NCBI RefSeq assembly: GCF_964355755.1
Contig: NC_092680.1
Coordinates: forward strand, 18,733,045 to 18,797,044
From: Antedon mediterranea
Lineage: Eukaryota > Animalia > Echinodermata
DNA length: 64,000 nt
Direction: 5' to 3'
The notes under the pieces: generated by a model
The model's input: only the letters and a program-made list of their open reading frames with translations
The model's database searches: none
Told to the model about the DNA's origin: nothing
Made by a program: the position numbers and the translations under genes
In this document: piece after piece, positions 42,101-51,100 of the stretch
How positions within the stretch are numbered: position 1 is the first letter of the stretch
Layout of the letters: each line of letters starts with the position of its first letter

Positions 42101-45100
42101 GACACTTATGTGAAAGAATAAGGGGTAATATACACTATAGACAATCCTTATTCAGGGACACCTCTATTAAGGGGACATTTATGTGAAAAAAATAAGGGGT
42201 AATATACACTATAGACAATCCTTATTCAGGGACACCTCTATTAAGGGGACATTTATGTGAAAAAATAAGGGGTAATATACACTATAGACAATCCTTATTC
42301 AGGGACACCTCTATTAAGGGGACACTTATGTGAAAGAATAAGGGGTAATATACATTATAGACAATCCTTATTCAGGGACACCTCTATTAAGGGGACATTT
42401 ATGTGAAAAAATAAGGGGTAATATACACTATAGACAATCCTTATTCAGGGACACCTCTATTAAGGGGACACTTTGTTGGGTCTTGAAGGTATTATCCCCT
42501 TGATAGTGTTCTATTTTATTATAAACAAATTTGTTTCACACAATATTGAGTGACTAGCTGTTTCTTGTTTCTTGGTATAGTTAACACTGCCTCAAGTTCT
42601 AATCCCTGTTCACTCAGTACCATGATTTTTATCATGGCCAAAACACATCATTGTCGAATATAGTAATTATATGCCCAAATATGGTAGTAACATCATCATT
42701 TCCATATATGGGCACATCGCATTTTTGTCACATAAAGTTTGATAGTGTAGACAGAGCTTTATACAAGACTTATTAAGCATGGGACCCTGTAACTCAACAA
42801 TGTTGGAAGAGAACTAAAAATAAAAGTTTCCATAATTATACCTTTTTCTGCTCCAAAAATCTAAGTGCGTTGCCAACATTCTGCAGACGATGGACACGAA
42901 GCCTTCCACGTTCTCGAGGCTAAAATGATTTTTAAAAATCTTAGTTATTTGACAGACCATTCAACACAGTAAAATTATAGATGTAATTGGCATATGATGA
43001 AGATGTGAAAATTGTTTACCATTTAACCCTTCAACCACCCCACGCCCACCCCCCACACACACAAACTATTAAATGAATATAAATGACATTAAAAGAAGTC
43101 TGCAAGAATTAATATTTCTATTGAATTAGTTAAATGAACAACATCTGGGTGATGAGGTCTGGTGGGTTACTATTTCAAGTGCCTAGATTAAGCATAATAA
43201 TAGAGTAAACTCTACTCTAAATTGTAATCCCTACTCCAATATTGTCACCCTAAAAACACAATCAAAGAATAGTAACCAGGGGATACTATTAGAAGCTTTA
43301 CGGTATCTTAATCCTGTAGCAATATTGTGACAACAGCTTAAATTTCTATTTGCTGCCCTCTATTCCAAAGTAGAAATAAGACGACTTAATAGGGAGTGGA
43401 AATACAAACAGCTTATTTGCATAACATTATGTACAATGATGATGCTGATGTGGGAAATTCCAAAATTCTTGGTATCGATGACATCAAAGGATTACATCAA
43501 TGTTCTATTTTGCGTACATTCATCATATGAAATTAAACAACATTAACAGATCTGTTTTCTCCGTGTCAAATTCATTCAAGCTTATATTACAATTTGTTGT
43601 TAATTGCATATACTCCTGCTGTCCTAGCAATGGACCTCTCACCTCACTAAAATAATTTAGATGTATGCAAAAAGTCCCCTATATACTCACTGAGCATCTT
43701 TGACATCGAACCTCCTCCGTATTGGAAGGTTAAACCTTATTAATTTCAGATCAGTTTTAACCCACTCACCCAACTTCAGTTTTATTTATTCCCATATCAT
43801 AAAATTCATAATTACAATTTTTTCTCCTGATAATGCTTCCAATAACGAGATGAGGTTATGCCCATCGCGGAAATCTTTGTACAGGTCACTGATTTTCTTG
43901 TTGACCTGAAAGAAATAATTACAATTTCTATATTAAAAAACGAAATAAAATGTATTCGTATATTTAGTTAATACTTAGTATAAGTATTATCAGATTAGAT
44001 CAGATAAGTTGCCCGAGGCCCATGGTAACCAAAAATTGACACTGGAGAATCCTAAGTACAAATCTTACAACTAGTTTAAAAGTTTTAAAGTGAAGACATT
44101 CGGGGGAAACTAAAATCTCTGGTAGGGTCACAAATCTTTTTTGAATTCTGCAAACACTGAAAGGGTGGTTTGGGGAGAATAATTGTATATCATATATATC
44201 ATTAATATTGTGCATTATCAAATGTATTAAATGATGATTCATCGTAGAATATTCCATGTTACAAATAGACCTAGCAATCAATAGTCATAATGCATAATAT
44301 AGTAATGCAATCGGAGAAACTATCTCCGATACGAGAAACCTATCAGTTGATTTTGCTGTTATATTTTGCTTTTATACTGCTTCGGATCTTTTTTTCATGG
44401 ATCATCTTCATTCCTCTGACAAAATTGTTTGTGTACTAAGAATCATGGTAGATGCATTATCCTCTCTTTGGAGAACATTCACCTAATTTTGTTTTTTAAT
44501 TAATTGTATTTTATTTTTTTGCATTGGCCCAATACAATATTATAATATGCTTCCATCTATGTAATACATATATGAATTGAGAAGTCAAATGGCAATTAAT
44601 ACACCAAATTTAGTTAAACAGAATCTCCATAATTGTCTAGTCACCCATGTGTGTAAATGGAAATCTACTAGATGTTTGATAAATTTTTATGCATTAAATA
44701 TTCATAAAAATCGGAAAGGAAGTTGTAAATTATGTAGGTACATTATGTCTGATGTCCCACAAATATTTGAGTATGGTTGTTGAAATCAAGTGTCTGAAAA
44801 GGGATAAAGAATGGGATGGTAGGCTTATGATGGGTTGCAATAAGGGTGTAGGAGTTCACGGTCCTACAAAATATTTGGGTATGGTTGTTGAAATGTGTAT
44901 CTGAAAAGAGGTTGCATGAAGGATATGTAGGGGTTGCAGGTAAGGATGCAAGTAGAAAGATTCAGAAACAGTGAGGATTGATTGCTAGAATAGTAGTAGG
45001 AGAAAGATGCAGATATATTGGTTGCAAATAGGTTGCAGAAATATGAAACAGTAATATGTTTTAGTATGGATGCACTTAATTTGAATATTTAAATAAATTG

Positions 45101-48100
45101 AAATTGTTAATTAACATAAACAGCAATTACGATAATTATACCCTTCCAAATAAGGTCAGTCATCCCATTTATAAAATTATCAATGCAAGTGTTTCACTTT
45201 GTACATAATTACACGATGCATCAGTCATGAATGAAACACCTTAAGTCCAAGGCTTTGGTAGTTCATGCGTTATGAATTTTACAGGTAAAGACAGGCGTTT
45301 ACCGATCACGTTGCAGAAGAGCGTACACATTTATGCAGTAGTGCATATTTGCAAACGTAAGGGTCAATGCCTGTGTACAATGCAGTTTTGACTTTTGTTA
45401 TTCTATAAATTGTTTCAACCATTTAGATTAAATCATTTTCTTGTACAGTTTTCTTGCACTGTAATTGCATGCTGTGTACATTATTATTTTTTAAACAAAA
45501 TTGTGGTTGTGTTTACAACATTGCTAAACATTGGGAACCACTATATCCTTTACTTTTTAGCGAACATGATTTGCATTGAATAAAATTGTTTTGAGTTTAA
45601 ATCTAAAAGATCACCCTACACAATTCCATAGCAAGTCAACACTACCCCCAGCCTCCAAAACACTGTTAAATCGAAGCATTAGAAACTAATTATGGAATGA
45701 CTATGTGATCTGGGGACATCGTCATAACAATTTTTGTTACTGTACCCTTTTAAGATTATGAGAAACACTGAAATTTAAAAAAACTATATCATAAAATGAA
45801 AATACTGTAATAACATATAAGCCAGGGGGTAATTACAATACAAGTTTATTCACCTCTATAAATAACAATATCTTCACTTCCTGGTAAAATTCACTGCTTA
45901 AATTTTAAATGACTAGTCTGAGGAGGAATAGACTACTCTATCAACACATTGAATCATGAATTATTGTACAGGTATTTTGGTAAATATTTCTCATACCTAT
46001 ACAAACTAGATCCTTTCTTCAGTTTTAATCAAAATTATAGCCTGGGAATTAAAGAAGTCAAATTGATGGATATGTTTATTGGTAATAACTGTTAAATTTG
46101 GCTGTGAGCAATAAACAAATCATCACCACTCTGGTTTTAAGCAACAAAAATTGCAGCTAATGTTTTTAAAGATTTTTTATTTCTATTAAACTGCTTGACA
46201 TTTATGGGCAGTCCATTCTGACGTTTGTAAGTGGATTGGGAAAAAAGAGATACCTCACAAAGCTGGAAGCAACTTCGATTTACAAAATGATTACCTACTC
46301 TACAGTAGGAACCTTTTTTTGTATATAATTGTTTAAATACAAAAAATTAATATTTTTAATTGTCAAGTAATCTAAAACACTACAGAACACTTTTAAGTTT
46401 TAGAATGTTTAAAATAAATGAACCATATAAATATTGGTTCAATCCTTCAGCTGCAATTGCCTCACCCTTCGGATGGGACGTAAAGCTTAATTGAAACATT
46501 TGAAAAGAGTGTGCTTATCTGGGTAGCAATACACTGAGTCTGGATAAAATAATCATTATTATAATAATAAATTTATTTTATTTTCACCTGCAGTATTATT
46601 AATCAGATCCATTATGATACATATTGAATTAGAATTGAGTTTTAAAGTGACAGCTTAGAAATATAGATTGTACTCTGAGGTCATAGGTTAAATCTGCATC
46701 ACTTTGCTGGCTGTCAGCTGAAGGTGATGATGGATTAGGTAATTAGTGTCAATGAACATATAAACTGTCTGGTACAACATTGTGCTATACATAATGAATC
46801 CAACCAATTCCATTATTTCAATTCCATTAGATTTTTAAGAAGAATATACAAAATATATTTTCTGTTCTGCTGTTTACAATGATGTTACACACATAGGAAT
46901 GCAAGTAATGAGGTGTAATAGGCGGGGCAGATACAATGGGAAGCACACTTTAATTTAGAAACAAAAATGTATTTTCCAGAGTACAAACATTATTGTTAAG
47001 TAATTAAATAATATTATTAATAAATAATAATGTTTATTTTTGCATCATTATAGTCTATTTGCTTGTGCTTTTAAACAACTCTACATAATGCCATGTGCAA
47101 GTTTAGGGCAACTAGATGTGAATATTCTCACTTCAGACGGAAACTTTCTACCACAAGTTGTGCTGCAAATAATAGTTATTCATGAAAAATGCAGTTGATT
47201 ATAAAAATTATATTTTAAATGGTTGAATCGGCGTTATGCATCATAAATAAACCCGAAATCATGCACAAGGAACGGTGATCCTGTCTAAACCCTTAATTTT
47301 AAAGGCGCAGATAATATAAATCTTTCGACAGATAAGCGAATCTAACGTAATGGTCTGAACACAGCAGTGTCACTTGTGTTTGTCATCTTTGTAACCATGG
47401 ACACATACAAAAACTATTTATTGCAGACATACGATATCATCGTAACTAACCAAAAACAAGGAAGTTCAAGTACGTTATTAATCCTATATCATTTTTTTTA
47501 CGAAGTACAGTACAATATCAGTGGTAAACTTTTCACATTGTACTATTTCTAACTCCTTATACTTAAAAATAAAAAAGATAAACTGAAACGTCTGGTTCAT
47601 TAAGAGTGAAAGTTCAGGAAACAATAAATGAAACAATAGTGTGGTAGAGATATGTAGTACAATCAGAGAAGAGTTTCCCTGGTACAATTGTATTGAACGG
47701 GTTACAGTATTGGACATGTTTTGCCAACAAGCTTGCCATGAACAAACAACATATAAGACAGTGCAGTATCATTCAAAAAAAGTTCATGAATTTCTATACA
47801 TAATAGTTTTAGGTATAGCTTCTTTTTAAAAGTTTTTACAGCCAGCCATTAGTCAAATATACCAATGTAAAACTAATGTTTGAAGTATACCACATCATTG
47901 TGATAAAAATAAATAAGGAATAACATAGTATAATAAAGGTATGGCTTTTGAATTTAAACAATGAATATGATGAAAAGACCAGTATAATGCACCCTGGGAA
48001 GCTTGCCTCTCTCTGTATTGTCTAGCATAACTTGATATTTACAAATTATTTATGAATGTCACAAGTAGGGCTATACCCACAAGGTAAAGGGTTAATTTTA

Positions 48101-51100
48101 TAAAGTACACTTCCCATGATAAGGGGCTTTTGGAAAGTAGATGTGCACTTTGATTAAGAACAGGTGAAAACACTACAGAAAAGAATTCCCATTGTTTGAA
48201 AAAAGTAAGAGTTTAAGGAGGAAAACAAGCTGCAATAGTGGAGTATTGGAATGTGTTTCAAACAGAAATTAAACTAGATTCTAGTAACCTTTACTTCTTC
48301 CATGGTCATATACTAATCCATGTCTGACTAGCCCAATATGCTGCCCAGTAAGATTTTATCCTTTAATAATTTGTATTTGTATTTTGTATTTTGTATTAAT
48401 ATTTGTCCTCAGTGAGGAAATTCGGATTAGGCCCTCCACGGACCCACGGCAGCCAGCAGTGCAGCGCCTACCAGATTAGGCAATGAGAGTAAAGCATCTT
48501 GCCTAAGGATGCAATTAGTATGGTACAGATAACCTCGAACCCATGCCTATCACATGCTAGTCCGATATTACCATTACACCATCACTCTCCAGTATATACA
48601 GCACCCGCCACGATTTCTAGACGGTCTCCCATCCAGAACGCAACCGGGCCCAACGTTGCTAATTAACTTCGGTGATCTGACGAGAACCGGTGTTTCAACA
48701 TCAAAACAAGAAATACAGTATAAGTATGTGGATTGTCAGAGATGGTTTTTATTTAGATGTAGTGGGAATGTTGTTTGTAGGTAGCTTAAGGGGTTCGCTG
48801 TAGATTAAGGGGAGGAGGGCGGGAGTTCACTGTAGATTAAGAGGGGGGGAGGGGTTCGCTGTATGTTAAGGGAGTTCGCTGTAGATTAAAAGGGCTGGGT
48901 TCTCTGTAAAAGGGGGAATTTGCCCGAAACATAAAAAACCCCCCTGGCTATCGGCTACTAGGCTAGAGGGTACTGTTACACAGGTCTTTCAATTCAAACA
49001 CTAGGCCTATTAAAAGTTAATATAACAGTTAATATTACAGTTTGAGTAGAATGCTAGGTACTATTCTTGCTATTCTTGGTAATATATTACCTCATCATTG
49101 TACTTAAAATGGTCAACGAGTACTATTCAGTCCTATTATTGTTCTATATTTATTATAACATAACAAAGCATGCGCAATTTTATACTTTTCCCATAATGCT
49201 TTATTGTAAAAGAATTTTTTCGATAAAATGTATTTGCCCACAGAACAAAATTTTAGCTTTTTTTATTCTCTGGTTTATTTTATGTTTATTAATTAAATTT
49301 ATGTATTGTACTCAATTCAATAAATAAAAATACTAAACAACTTTAAATATAATTTCATCTAAATCCTTGTGAACAAGTAAAACAACCTTGTTTCACAACC
49401 AATACCAAAATAACTGTTACTTTGTGTTGCAGCGTTTCATTTTCAGGCTGCCATTTAATGGAATATTGAACATTTTTCCTGTTTTTTCTGCCAAGAAACG
49501 TATTCATACAGTTATTAATTGGTTATTTTTTCGCAGCAGAAAAAAAGGACTTACTATAAAACAATGCGATTGTACACTTGAATTGAACTAAAGTATTGTA
49601 CCATGCACCTCAAGGCATTTTTAATTTAACAAATTCTAATTTCCTAGCAGTAAAAAAATGTTTTAATTACTATACTTTTGTTAAAATATTACAAATGCAG
49701 TACATTCCAACGAATACTTTAAAATACATTAAATTTCAATCATCATAATAGGTTTAATTTTTTTTTAAATAGTAGGAGATTACTGTATAAGTGCAAATGT
49801 TTCTATATTATGGATATCACAATATAAAACTTTATGTAAATATTTCTTCAATTTTTACAAATTATATTTGCTTGACTGGGTCATTCAACTGAATTACCCA
49901 CTTCAATCGCTTGTATTGTATGTCGTGTGTGGGTGTGGAGCACCCATGTCCAAAAATAATAATGGTGTAAGGTGGTGACTGAAAGGGCATAGCCCCCAAT
50001 GGCTTAAGCTTTATGTGTACAGATAAGTTCACAAAAATAATGTAATGTTATTATTCTAATCTATGCCCTTTCAATTGGTTTATTTATCTTATTTTATATT
50101 AACATTTTTATACTATAAAGAGATGACGATGGTGTTTGACTACAAAGGCATAGCTTCGCTTAAAGATGTATTGTCCCCCAAAATCATGAAAAATAAAGAT
50201 TTTTAAAATCGGACTTTGAATAGGCCATTTTGCAGTTTTAATGAAGTTGTTCACTTACATAAGAAAAAAAACGGGGGAAAAAAATAATTTTACCTATAAA
50301 AAGACAAAATAAACAGTTAAATTACCCAAAAACTCATTGTCTTCCAGACAATTTGACAATTTTTTGCTTTAAATTACATTTTTCTCAGGTAAATAAATTT
50401 TTTTCAGACCCAATTTTTTGTGAGAGTGAATAACTATTATGTGACATTAAAATAACATTCAACAAAAAAATTTAAAAAAATACTTTTTTAGGGGGACAAT
50501 ATATCTTTAAGGTTTATGGGTACAGATAAGTTCACAAAAATAATGTAGGTTAAATATTCTAATCTTTAGGTCCTTTCAATTGGTTTAATTTATCTTATTA
50601 TATATTAACATTTTATAAACTTTATCTTTCTATCAAGAGGATGTTAATGTTTGACTAAAAGGGCATAGCCCCCAATGCCTTAAGCTTTATGGGTACAGAA
50701 AAGTCCACAAAATATTGTATTATTCTTATCTTATTATATCATTGGTTTATTTTATCTTAATTATATAACTTTACATAATTTATTTGTTCTGATGTTGACA
50801 GTGTACAGTACAACCGAGGGCATAGCTCAATGGTTTAAGCTTTATGCGTAGGCCTACAGATAATAATAAGTTCATAAAAAATGCTAATGTAATGTAATTA
50901 CATCGATCTAGGTCCTATCAAGGGTTGGTTTTCTTTTTTATATAATGTATATTTTTATTTGATCTTCTTTACTTTACAGTGTTTGACCGATAGGGCATAG
51001 CCCCAATTACTTTATGAGTCCATCCACAAAAATACAATGTATTCGAATCTAAACCATACAATTGGTTTTATCTTACTTTATATAATAATATATAATATAA

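Noticed and set aside
41627-42472. CRISPR-like array
   Set aside because: Plain head-to-tail satellite without variable spacers.
43691-43790. Donor-like gtgagt with an upstream open stretch just after a CH1 exon
   Set aside because: No in-frame ATG or good acceptor, and the phase is incompatible with the next exon.
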